This document shows, in pieces, positions 48,409-56,185 of a stretch of 64,000 nt of DNA. Origin of the DNA: Coriobacteriales bacterium (GTDB taxonomy: Bacteria; Actinomycetota; Coriobacteriia; Coriobacteriales; QAMH01); NCBI GenBank assembly GCA_051876075.1, contig JBJEHM010000096.1, positions 45,139 through 109,138 on the forward strand, written 5' to 3'. The position numbers and the translations under genes were made by a program. Every line of letters starts with the position of its first letter. The first letter of the stretch is position 1. Under the pieces are notes generated by a model. It was not told where the DNA came from. It searched no databases and saw nothing but the letters and a program-made list of their open reading frames with translations.

Positions 48409-48411
48409 CCT

Positions 48412-48723
48412 ATGAAGGCTTACGAACTGCTGTTCTTTGTCGATCCGTCCATCGATGACGAGACTCGCCTGGCTGCCATGAAGCGCATCGACACCACCAT
48501 CACTGCGCAAGGTGGCAAGGTTGACAACGTTGAGGAGTGGGGCAAGAAGAAGCTTGCCTACGAGATCAACGGACTCACGGACGGTGACTACACCCTCATC
48601 GATTTCCAGACCGAGCCCGAGGCAATCGCCGAGCTCGACCGCGTGCTGCACATCATGGATGCCGTCGTGCGTTACATGATCGTTCGTCGCGATGACCGCC
48701 TGGATTCCGTTGAGAACGCCTAA
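48412..48723 (+). CDS. rpsF: 30S ribosomal protein S6
   Basis: MKAYELLFFVDPS..DE.......I...I...GG.V..VE.WG.KKLAYEI. Confidence 0.95.
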   Translation: MKAYELLFFVDPSIDDETRLAAMKRIDTTITAQGGKVDNVEEWGKKKLAYEINGLTDGDYTLIDFQTEPEAIAELDRVLHIMDAVVRYMIVRRDDRLDSVENA

Positions 48724-48762
48724 TGGACTATTCCATTTAACGTCCACCGGAAGGAACCCACT

Positions 48763-49293
48763 ATGAGCATCAACAAGGTAATGATCAGCGGCAACACCAC
48801 CCGTGACGCAGAGCTTCGCGCAACGGCTGGTGGCACTCCCGTCCTCGCTTTCGGCGTCGCGGTCAACGAGCGCAGGCGCAACATGAACAACGAGTGGGAG
48901 GACTATGCCAACTTCGTCGACTGCCAGCTGTTCGGTCGCCGTGCAGAGGCCCTGGCCCAGTACCTGACCAAGGGAACCAAGGTCGCAATCGAGGGCCGTC
49001 TTCATTACAGCTCTTGGGAAGACCGAAACGGTGGCGGCCGTCGCTCCAAGCTGGATGTCTACGTTGACGAGCTGGAGTTCCTCTCTGCTCGTAACAGCAA
49101 CGGGGGTTCCCAGTCCTACGGCGGTGGTCAGTCTCGCAATTCAGGCCAGCCTTATGGCGGGGGCCAGGCATACGCCAACAACGGCGGCCAGGCCTATGCC
49201 AATGGCGGCGCTGGCGCAGACAGCCAGCGAGCACAGTACATTTCAGAGGCGCCGGCACCGGCTGCCTACAACGACGAGGACATCCCCTTCTAG
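48763..49293 (+). CDS. ssb: Single-stranded DNA-binding protein
   Basis: MSINKVMISGNTTRDAELR... forms the OB fold. A Gly/Gln-rich linker follows and the tail is acidic (...NDEDIPF). Confidence 0.95.
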   Translation: MSINKVMISGNTTRDAELRATAGGTPVLAFGVAVNERRRNMNNEWEDYANFVDCQLFGRRAEALAQYLTKGTKVAIEGRLHYSSWEDRNGGGRRSKLDVYVDELEFLSARNSNGGSQSYGGGQSRNSGQPYGGGQAYANNGGQAYANGGAGADSQRAQYISEAPAPAAYNDEDIPF

Positions 49294-49328
49294 GGGTCCT
49301 CACCCGAGTTAACAGTTAGGAGGAAGCA

Positions 49329-49589
49329 ATGGCCGAATACGCTCGTCAGCCTCGACGCAAGCAGTGCCCGTTCTGCAAGGACGAGGTCGCTTACATCGAC
49401 TACAAGGACGCCCAGATGCTTCGTCGCTACATCACCGATCGCGGCAAGATCAAGTCTCGCCGCGTCACCGGCGTGTGCACCCAGCACCAGCACCGTCTCT
49501 CCACCGCTATCAAGCGTGCACGCGAGATGGCTCTTCTGCCGTACACCGTCAAGATCGTTAGCGGCAACGGTGGTCGCCGCAACCGCTAG
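49329..49589 (+). CDS. rpsR: 30S ribosomal protein S18
   Basis: ...[16 protein letters not shown]...LRRYI.DRGKI..RRVTG.C..HQ..L..AIKRAR.MALLPY. Confidence 0.95.
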   Translation: MAEYARQPRRKQCPFCKDEVAYIDYKDAQMLRRYITDRGKIKSRRVTGVCTQHQHRLSTAIKRAREMALLPYTVKIVSGNGGRRNR

Positions 49590-49775
49590 GGTCTTTCCCA
49601 CAGCTTGTCCTTCTCGCTGAGGGTTGGGCGAGCTGCCTGTGCAGGCGGTTGCTGCACCAGACAGCTCCGGGCAGAGGCTCGGAAGCTGCCCTCCGGTGGC
49701 TTGTCCACCGAGTAGGCGCGTACATATATGTAAGCGGCCCTGCGCCATAGCGGGGCATTGTGAAAGGTTAGTATC

Positions 49776-50321
49776 ATGAAGGTTATCCTGACCAAGGAGC
49801 TCAAGGGCAAGGGCGGCGAGGGCGACGTTGTCGACGTTGCGCAGGGTTTCGCCGTCAACTACCTGATCCCCAATCACCTGGCTATCGCTGCCACCAAGGG
49901 AGAGCTCAAGCAGCTCGAGCAGCGTCGCCACAACATTGCCAAGCGCGAGCTTGCTCGCACCACCGATGCCACCACCCTCAAGGAGGCTCTGGACGGCAAG
50001 GCCATCAAGGTGCTCGCAAAGGTCGGCGAGGAGGGCCAGCTCTTTGGCTCCGTCACCTCTGCAAAGGTTTCCGAGGCAATCGCAGAGCAGATCGGCTGCA
50101 CCATCGACCGAAAGCAGATCGAGCTGGGCAAGGCCATCAAGATGGTTGGCGAGCACAAGGTCACCATCTCCATCTACCGCGATATCAAGGCTGTTGTCAC
50201 CGTCAACGTCGTTGACGAGGCTGCCGCCATCGAAATCGTCGAGGAGCCCGCTGCCGAGGAGGCAGTCGAGGCCCCCGAGGAGATCGCAGCTGAGGAGGAG
50301 ACCGAGGAGGCAGCCGAGTAA
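49776..50321 (+). CDS. rplI: 50S ribosomal protein L9 (with an acidic C-terminal extension)
   Basis: MKVILTKELKGKGGEGDVVDVAQGFAVNYLIPN.LA..AT is the canonical L9 N-terminus. Confidence 0.95.
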   Translation: MKVILTKELKGKGGEGDVVDVAQGFAVNYLIPNHLAIAATKGELKQLEQRRHNIAKRELARTTDATTLKEALDGKAIKVLAKVGEEGQLFGSVTSAKVSEAIAEQIGCTIDRKQIELGKAIKMVGEHKVTISIYRDIKAVVTVNVVDEAAAIEIVEEPAAEEAVEAPEEIAAEEETEEAAE

Positions 50322-50433
50322 CTTTCGGCACCCGGTAACTCAAGGTTGCAGCACAGGGGAGGTTGGCGCTTCGTCAGCCTCCCTTTTTCGTCATGTTCGG
50401 GAATGCTCAGGAGGAACAGTGCAGCTGTGCAGC

Positions 50434-51078
50434 ATGAGGCCCAGCGCCATCATATTCGACTTTGATGGAACCTTGGCGGATTCCATGTGGGTGTGGGATG
50501 AGGTCGATACCGAATTCGCCCGCCGCCGAGGCCTGCCGTTTGAGAAAGATGACGCCGAGAAGATCGCCGCGCTGGGCTTTGAGGGAACTGCTCAGTGGAT
50601 GATCGAGCGCTACGGCCTTACGGAGTCTGTTGAGGAGCTGATGGACGAGTGGTATGAGCTCGCAGCGGAGAGCTACGCGCACGACGTCCGCCTCAAGCCT
50701 GGGGCAGAGGCCTTTGTCCGTCAGGTCAGGGAGCAGGGCATCCCCGTTGCAATCACCACCTCGCTGTCGCGTGCCATGCTCGAGCCCGCCTTGGAGAACA
50801 ACGCGGTCAGGGAGCTCTTCGACCTGCTGGTGGTGTGCGAGGAGGTCTGTGACGGCGGCAAGTCGACTCCGGCGGCGTATCTCGAGACAGCAAAGCTCTT
50901 GGGCGTGGGACTCGAGAACTGCGTGGTGTTCGAGGATGTTGCGCTCGCGGCTCGCTCCGCCAAACAAGGCGGAGCGTATGTGGTTGGCGTTCGCGATGAC
51001 CATGCGCAGCAGATCAGGTCGGAACTGCTGGAGGCTGCCGACCTGTTTATACAGGGGTACGGGGAGCTGCTTCGCTGA
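50434..51078 (+). CDS. HAD-superfamily hydrolase (beta-phosphoglucomutase/phosphatase-like, subfamily IA)
   Basis: Motif I is IIFDFDGTLADS, motif II is ...ITTS... and motifs III/IV are ...K..P..Y......G......VFEDV. GTG 50419 is an alternative start. Confidence 0.85.
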   Translation: MRPSAIIFDFDGTLADSMWVWDEVDTEFARRRGLPFEKDDAEKIAALGFEGTAQWMIERYGLTESVEELMDEWYELAAESYAHDVRLKPGAEAFVRQVREQGIPVAITTSLSRAMLEPALENNAVRELFDLLVVCEEVCDGGKSTPAAYLETAKLLGVGLENCVVFEDVALAARSAKQGGAYVVGVRDDHAQQIRSELLEAADLFIQGYGELLR

Positions 51079-51135
51079 GTGCGAGGGCGCGATTGGGCCA
51101 ATCAGGAGATGCGGCAAAAAAGACCTAGATTCTCA

Positions 51136-51163
51136 TTGACAAGCAATATGCAGATGGTATTAT
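51136..51163 (+). promoter_or_regulatory. Near-consensus sigma-70 promoter for tRNA-Arg
   Basis: TTGACA (51136-51141), 16-nt spacer, TATTAT (51158-51163), 13 nt before the tRNA 5' end. Confidence 0.7.
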
Positions 51164-51175
51164 AGACAGGCTTTC

Positions 51176-51252
51176 GCGGCATTAGCTCAGCTGGATAGAG
51201 CGTTTGACTACGAATCAAAAGGTCGGGGGTTCGAATCCCTCATGCCGCACCA
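51176..51252 (+). tRNA. tRNA-Arg (anticodon ACG)
   Basis: GCGGCAT TA GCTC AGCTGGATA GAGC G TTTGA CTACGAA TCAAA AGGTC GGGGG TTCGAAT CCCTC ATGCCGC A CCA. Confidence 0.95.
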
Positions 51253-51263
51253 GTTACCACACC

Positions 51264-51288
51264 AAGCACCCACAAGGGTGCTTTTTTA
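51264..51288 (+). terminator. Rho-independent terminator after tRNA-Arg
   Basis: AAGCACCC / GGGTGCTT stem with an ACAA loop, followed by TTTTTTATTT. Confidence 0.85.
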
Positions 51289-51421
51289 TTTCTCCTCAAT
51301 CCGCCCGACTGGCTCCTCGTTTTCCGATGCCCGCTGGGCAACTTGTCCGTTTGACAACTGGGCTGCGTTTTGTAGTGGTAGGCTGCTCACGTGTCACCAA
51401 ACCAATCAAGGAGCGAATGCC

Positions 51422-51673
51422 ATGTGCACAAACGGAGTCAACACACAACAGCTCAAGGATACTGTCGAGATGATCGATGCCCAGATCGCCCTTTCACGCC
51501 GCTGGACTCACAAGATGTATCACCTTGCAGAGAACGGCGCCATGGAGGCCTCTGCCAAGAAACTCAAGGCTATCCAGGCCATGCTCGATGACGTGCGTTC
51601 TGAGTTCGAGGAGCTGCAAGACGTTATCGACCGCGATGACAGCAACTCTGGCGTCCAGGTGGAGCTGGTCTAG
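51422..51673 (+). CDS. Small helical hypothetical protein (83 aa)
   Basis: AAGGAG at 51408-51413 and ATG at 51422. The protein is coiled-coil-like (…LKDTVEMIDAQIALSRRW…KKLKAIQAMLDDVRSEFEELQDVIDRDD). I do not recognise the family. Confidence 0.55.
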   Translation: MCTNGVNTQQLKDTVEMIDAQIALSRRWTHKMYHLAENGAMEASAKKLKAIQAMLDDVRSEFEELQDVIDRDDSNSGVQVELV

Positions 51674-51693
51674 CTCTGACGGCGGGAGCCCCT

Positions 51694-52092
51694 GTGGAGA
51701 TCGACGGTCCTAGTGACGCAACACTGCTCGTGCTGTGCGCCTTTCCGCCGGAAGAGCGCGTGCGCAGCGCGCTCGCGGCCTCTGCGCAACGCTTGGGGCA
51801 CAAGCTGTCCCCTGCCTTTGCCGTTACAGAACACGCGAGCCCAGCCGCGCTCCGTCTTCTGGTCTTCGAGCGCGATCCATGGGCCGTTGTGGCCCTCGAT
51901 GACGCCTCGATCGGGCTGTTGCGCGCGGCCTTTGCGGACGAAGCCGGGGGTTTTGGCCCCGATGCGCCCGTAGAGGCATGCGGCTACACGCTCGTTGCCG
52001 TGCCGTGCTTTGCCAACTGTTTTGAAAGCCAAGAGCTCAAACGCGTTTCATGGGGGAGGCTCAAGGCTGCAGAACACCCTGCCTTGCTCTGA
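51694..52092 (+). CDS. Hypothetical protein (132 aa)
   Basis: GTG 51694 follows GGGAG and the frame has strong GC3 bias. I do not recognise the family. Confidence 0.5.
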   Translation: MEIDGPSDATLLVLCAFPPEERVRSALAASAQRLGHKLSPAFAVTEHASPAALRLLVFERDPWAVVALDDASIGLLRAAFADEAGGFGPDAPVEACGYTLVAVPCFANCFESQELKRVSWGRLKAAEHPALL

Positions 52093-52173
52093 CCGAAGGA
52101 GCGGGGAGGTGGGGCTTCTCCTATAATGATGCTCGGTTATCTGATGTGAGACATGAGAGGGAAAGGGTCTGCC

Positions 52174-52587
52174 GTGGTCATCTCAACGAAGGGGCGATAC
52201 GCTCTTCGCCTGATGCTTGACATTGCGATGCAGGAGGGCTCGTCTCCCGTGCCCCTGCACGACATCGCCGATCGCCAGGGCGTTTCTTTCAAGTACCTCG
52301 AGCAAATCGTTCCGCCTCTGTCAAAAGCGGGGTTTCTCAAGAGCGTGCGCGGTGCCAACGGCGGTTACCTGCTGACCAAAGACCCCTCAGAGATCACCAC
52401 GGGAGACATTCTGCGTGCAGGCGAGGGCAATCTGGCCCCTGTGGCGTGCCTTGCAAGCGACGAGATCGACTGCCCGCGCGCCGACCTATGTGTGACCTTG
52501 CCGTTCTGGAAAGGCCTCGACGAAGCCATCACCGCTTATATCGACAGCGTCACCTTGGCCGATCTGGTCCAGGACCGCGCCGTCTGA
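52174..52587 (+). CDS. Rrf2-family transcriptional regulator (three-Cys, Fe-S-type)
   Basis: ...ISTKGRYALRLMLDIA......P..L.DIA.RQGVS.KYLEQI...L.KAGFLKSVRG.NGGY.L is the Rrf2 wHTH. The CLASDEIDCPRADLC cysteine triad follows. GTG 52174 is used, and 52153 is an alternative start. Confidence 0.88.
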   Translation: MVISTKGRYALRLMLDIAMQEGSSPVPLHDIADRQGVSFKYLEQIVPPLSKAGFLKSVRGANGGYLLTKDPSEITTGDILRAGEGNLAPVACLASDEIDCPRADLCVTLPFWKGLDEAITAYIDSVTLADLVQDRAV

Positions 52588-52632
52588 TTCCCGTTCTTGG
52601 CGCGAGCTGCCTGCTTGTGAGAGGAGAGCCAT

Positions 52633-53034
52633 ATGTCTCAGGTTTCTGAAGAGCTCGATGCCCTGACCTGCGATCTCATCGGGGAGGCGATCAACATCCT
52701 CGAGATGGAGGGCAGCCTCCCAGTCCTGCTGTTGACAGATGCCGACGAAGACCTCTATGCCTTCGAGGAGGATGACCCCGATGGCTGCTACCGCGCAGCC
52801 TGCCAGCAGGTTCAGGACCTCGGTGGATCGTGCAACCGTTACGCCATTGCGTATGAGGGCGTCGTGCAGAGCGACGAGGCGTCATCGGGAGACGCCGCCA
52901 TCGTCTTCGAGTTCGCCGAGCGAGGAACAGGGGAGGCCTGGAGCGGCTTTATGCTGTTCCGCAGGACGGAGGACGGCGCGCTCGAAGTGAGCGACCCTCA
53001 GCCGGCCGGCGCAGAGCTGCCGTTGTTTTCTTAA
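52633..53034 (+). CDS. Hypothetical acidic protein (133 aa)
   Basis: ATG 52633 follows GAGAGGAGAG and the GC3 bias is good. I do not recognise the family. Confidence 0.55.
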   Translation: MSQVSEELDALTCDLIGEAINILEMEGSLPVLLLTDADEDLYAFEEDDPDGCYRAACQQVQDLGGSCNRYAIAYEGVVQSDEASSGDAAIVFEFAERGTGEAWSGFMLFRRTEDGALEVSDPQPAGAELPLFS

Positions 53035-53089
53035 CTCATGGCAATTCATGCTTGCCTAGCTCGAGAGCAAGAGGTATCATTTCAGCGTT

Positions 53090-53245
53090 TGTTTAGCTTA
53101 CCCGCTACCAAAGACAGCCGGTGACCTTGCATAAGGTTCTAAGGGAGCGAGAGCTCCGCCCGCCGAGGTGGTTGATTACGCAGCTTAAGAGGCATGTGCA
53201 CTCGACCCCCACTGTCAAGCGGGGGTCGATTTTGTTTGAAAGGAG
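53090..53245 (+). promoter_or_regulatory. Ribosomal protein L10 (rplJ) leader with attenuator hairpin
   Basis: A structured untranslated region lies directly upstream of rplJ. It ends in the perfect 9-bp hairpin TCGACCCCC (53202-53210) / GGGGGTCGA (53221-53229) plus TTTTGTTT, just before the AGGAGG of rplJ. This is the arrangement known for L10-leader autoregulation in Gram-positives. Confidence 0.6.
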
Positions 53246-53251
53246 GTGCAC

Positions 53252-53737
53252 ATGCCCACTCAGAAGAAGGCTGATCAGATCCAGGAGATCGCCGAGAAGA
53301 TCCAGAACGCAGCTGCAGTCTGGTACATCGACGCTCGTGGTCTGACCGTTAAGGAGACCCAGCAGCTTCGCCGCAACGTCACTGCTGCAGGTGGCGAGAT
53401 GAAGGTGTACAAGAACACCCTCGCCGTCCGCGCGCTGGCTCAGCTGGAGCTTCCCACGTGCGAGGACATCCTCGCTGGCCCCACCGCTTTCATCTTCGCT
53501 GGTGAAGACGTGGCCGCTCCCGCCAAGGCTGCAAACGATGTTGCCAAGGCAAACAAGAACCTTGAGATCAAGGGTGGCCTGATGGATGGCGCTGTCATGA
53601 GCGCAGAGGAAGTGACCCGCATCGCTTCTCTCCCCTCTCGCGACCAGCTCATCGGTCAGATCGCTTGCTCTCTCACTGCAGTCGCTTCTCAGCTCGCCAT
53701 TGCGTTCGGCGAGATGTCCGAGAAGGAAGCTGCATAG
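53252..53737 (+). CDS. rplJ: 50S ribosomal protein L10
   Basis: The L10 profile is present (…DARGLTVKETQQLRRNV...GGEMKVYKNTLAVRAL…), located upstream of rplL. Confidence 0.94.
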   Translation: MPTQKKADQIQEIAEKIQNAAAVWYIDARGLTVKETQQLRRNVTAAGGEMKVYKNTLAVRALAQLELPTCEDILAGPTAFIFAGEDVAAPAKAANDVAKANKNLEIKGGLMDGAVMSAEEVTRIASLPSRDQLIGQIACSLTAVASQLAIAFGEMSEKEAA

Positions 53738-53827
53738 TGTTGCGCCGCCAAACAGCGGCATGACAGACCGTTTTGTATGTAACGTCGCCTGACAAAGGTG
53801 CGGGCGACCCCTGAAAGGAAGAACAAC

Positions 53828-54193
53828 ATGGCTCTTACCAACGAAGAGATCATTGCTGCTCTGGGCGAGAAGACCCTGCTCGAGCTGGCTGAGCTCCGCG
53901 ACATGATCTGCGAGGAGTTCGGCGTGTCCGCTACCGCCGCTGTTGCCGCTGCCCCTGCCGAGGCTGGCGCTGCCGAGGAGAAGACCTCCTTCGACGTCGT
54001 CCTCGAGGGCTTTGGCGACAACAAGATCGCCGTCATCAAGGTTGTCCGCGAGCTCACCGGCCTGGGCCTCAAGGAGGCCAAGGCTGCCGTCGAGGGTGCT
54101 CCCGCAACCCTGCTCGAGGGCCAGAAGAAGGAAGAGGCCGAGGCTGCCAAGGCCAAGCTCGAGGAGGCCGGCGCTGCTGTCACTCTGAAGTAA
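53828..54193 (+). CDS. rplL: 50S ribosomal protein L7/L12
   Basis: It has an Ala-rich hinge, and ...[47 protein letters not shown] is canonical. Confidence 0.96.
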   Translation: MALTNEEIIAALGEKTLLELAELRDMICEEFGVSATAAVAAAPAEAGAAEEKTSFDVVLEGFGDNKIAVIKVVRELTGLGLKEAKAAVEGAPATLLEGQKKEEAEAAKAKLEEAGAAVTLK

Positions 54194-54219
54194 TCAACTT
54201 CAAAGACACGGTTTCTCTG

Positions 54220-54250
54220 AAGGGAGGGTGCAAACGCGCCCTCCCTTTTT
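54220..54250. terminator. Bidirectional terminator (rplL / convergent hypothetical gene)
   Basis: AGGGAGGGTG / GCGCCCTCCCT stem followed by TTTTT. The stop codon of the minus-strand gene abuts it. Confidence 0.75.
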
Positions 54251-54810
54251 CAATTGCACGACTTCTTGACGCGCTCGAAGCTGATGTTGATGCGTATCTC
54301 CTCATTGAGGGAGGTTTCTATCGAGGCAACAGAAACCCCCTGTGCGCTTTCGAGGAGCTTGATGTCAGCGAGCGGTTCTCCAAGGAGGTCGAGCACATCG
54401 CACCTGACATTGGGACGCTCAAGAAGGCGCGACAGCTCGCTGCTGATGTGCGGGCCCTTGCCATCGTAGATGATGTCGTAGATCCCGCAGTAGGTTGCCA
54501 GATATCTCAGGAGGGGGTCACCTGCTTTTCTGCGCGGGCACGAGACGATGATCCTGAGCCCCCTCCTTCCCCATGCAGGTTCGTTCAGGAAGGAATGAAG
54601 CCCCGCGACCATCGCGTTTGACGAGAGGCAGTGGTTCTCATCGATAACGACGATGGTCCCCCTGCCAATCGCGAGATTGGCGAGGAAATCCTTCAGGGGC
54701 TCCGTCTCTGTCAGCTCAAAGCGGTAGTCTGCGTCGTCTCCCAAGACGCTTTTGTAGTAGTCGGCTTCCTCCGGGGTTGTGAGTACTGTCACTGAACGTC
54801 TGTCGAACAT
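54250..54810 (-). CDS. Hypothetical protein (186 aa), possibly a receiver-like/flavodoxin-like fold
   Basis: A strong RBS (GGAAAGGAGGGACGAAAGGAGGAG) precedes ATG 54810. An alternating beta-alpha pattern is visible (VTVLTT..., IVVIDENH..., RIIVSC..., YDIIY). GC content is visibly lower than in the flanks. I do not recognise the family. Confidence 0.6.
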   Translation of the reverse strand: MFDRRSVTVLTTPEEADYYKSVLGDDADYRFELTETEPLKDFLANLAIGRGTIVVIDENHCLSSNAMVAGLHSFLNEPAWGRRGLRIIVSCPRRKAGDPLLRYLATYCGIYDIIYDGKGPHISSELSRLLERPNVRCDVLDLLGEPLADIKLLESAQGVSVASIETSLNEEIRINISFERVKKSCN

Positions 54811-54982
54811 GTCTCCTCCTTTCGTCCCTCCTTTCCTTATAATACGATTCGTTTAGCGCTTCTTTATTAAGTTAAAGCGGTAATGTAAAAGAGTTTCTAG
54901 TTTTCGAGCAAAAATAAAGAGTATCCTCTCTGGTATTCCACATTCATGTGCAGGATGTTCGAATCGACGGATTGGGGCGCGC

Positions 54983-55438
54983 ATGGGTACGGCAGGGCAC
55001 ACAGCCCGAAAGAGGCCTTGGGACGCAAAACTGTGCATCGAGCGTTCCTTGCGGGACGGTGTCGCGTCAATAGCAAAAAGCGCCGGCTGCGGGTTTGCCG
55101 AATGCGTTGACGCGCTCTTGGTGCTCACAGAAGCGCAGTATCTGCACTCGGTTGGGGACAGCTTGGTCTACCAGCTTCTAGAGCTCAAGGGAAGGCGCAT
55201 CCTCGACCTGAAGAACATCAGGGTCAAACCTGAACGCGTCCTATGCCACGTCAAGCTCTCGATCCAAGCACGCGAGTTCGCTACCCTGCTCTGCCACCGA
55301 TACCCTCCTGTGTTCGATAACGCTAACGAGGCGATAACCCTGTGCCTGATGCATTGGCAGCGCTGCTGTGAGTCTAAGGAACACTTGGAATACGTGGCCC
55401 GCCGCCTGCGATGCGCCCTGGACGGACATCTTGAGTGA
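54983..55438 (+). CDS. Hypothetical protein (151 aa), possibly tandem ribbon-helix-helix-like
   Basis: An ORF in the lower-GC islet is followed by its own hairpin terminator. It contains two segments with an RHH-like pattern (KLCIERSLRDGVASIAKSAGCGFAECVDALL and VLCHVKLSIQAREFATLLCHRY...NEAITLCL). The RBS is weak and the start is uncertain. Confidence 0.4.
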   Translation: MGTAGHTARKRPWDAKLCIERSLRDGVASIAKSAGCGFAECVDALLVLTEAQYLHSVGDSLVYQLLELKGRRILDLKNIRVKPERVLCHVKLSIQAREFATLLCHRYPPVFDNANEAITLCLMHWQRCCESKEHLEYVARRLRCALDGHLE

Positions 55439-55509
55439 GGAGCTATCTGCGCGTGTCGTGTGACGACAGCGCTCTTTCGAGGACTGAATGCCGCCCTCTG
55501 GGCGTGTAT

Positions 55510-55554
55510 GGGAATTTGGATTCACAGGGGAACTCAAATTCCCACGCGCTTTTT
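55510..55554 (+). terminator. Hairpin terminator
   Basis: GGGAATTTG (55510-55518) / CAAATTCCC (55535-55543) forms a perfect 9-bp stem, followed by ACGCGCTTTTT. Confidence 0.6.
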
Positions 55555-55631
55555 GACGAGCGAGGCTCTGGGACGATCAAGACGCGGAATACCCTTGCAT
55601 CCTTGACCCGCCACCGTCTATTGGAGGAGAG

Positions 55632-56120
55632 ATGGCACTCAACATTCCCCCTTCTCCGGGCCCTGGGGAAGCCCCGCTTTTCGAGAAGCGGATGGGAGAG
55701 CTGAGAGATCAGCTTGAACAGAGGAGAGGACCGCGCCAGCGCAAGAGAGAGCACGCCGCTTCGCTCGAGGAATGCGGTGGGGCGGAGCTGTCTGCAGCGG
55801 GGGAGGACCTGGCCACGTCGTCAAGGCATGCGAGCTCCGACTTCCCACCCTGCATGCAGGAGGAGCCCGCCCAGAGCCCAGCCTGTGAAACCGTTCAGCC
55901 CGAGCCTTGGGAAGAGCCCTACGTTCGTCCGCCGCGCAAGCGCCCAAAGAGGCGCAAGCCAGAGAGAGATCCCGTTGCCGTGCCCTTGGGAGGATCGCGT
56001 CTGGTGATCTTGTGCTCTGCGGTGTCTGCCCTAGTCTCAGCAGGGGTGTGTCTTGCGCTTGGTGCCGGAGACGCCTCTGCCTTGGGTACTGCCCTTTCGG
56101 CGGCGGGGTGGTCGCTGTGA
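55632..56120 (+). CDS. Hypothetical Pro/Arg/Glu-rich protein with a C-terminal TM anchor
   Basis: GGAGGAG at 55623-55629 and ATG at 55632. The N-terminal region looks disordered. A basic stretch (RPPRKRPKRRKPER) precedes the TM segment LVILCSAVSALVSAGVCLALGAG. Confidence 0.55.
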   Translation: MALNIPPSPGPGEAPLFEKRMGELRDQLEQRRGPRQRKREHAASLEECGGAELSAAGEDLATSSRHASSDFPPCMQEEPAQSPACETVQPEPWEEPYVRPPRKRPKRRKPERDPVAVPLGGSRLVILCSAVSALVSAGVCLALGAGDASALGTALSAAGWSL

Positions 56121-56185
56121 CGGCCCCAGGTGCCGCCGTTGGACCTGCTGGCTTTGTGTTGGCGCGCTTTGCTGGCGCAACGGTG

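Noticed and set aside
49721-49732. Perfect 12-bp palindrome TACATATATGTA in the rpsR-rplI spacer
   Set aside because: It is most simply the AT-rich -10 region of an internal rplI promoter (TTGTCC at 49701-49706, a 17-18-nt spacer, then ATATAT/TATATG). Alternating AT is trivially palindromic.
51253-51421. Integrated element at tRNA-Arg (also considered at tRNA-Phe 24017-24169 and tRNA-Val)
   Set aside because: No integrase, excisionase or duplicated tRNA 3' segment is detectable next to any of the three tRNAs.
55907-56185. N-terminal extension of the ATPase-SARP regulator ORF
   Set aside because: It overlaps the RBS-supported 55632-56120 gene in another frame. The extension is Arg/Cys-rich nonsense, and the ATPase domain begins just after ATG 56186.
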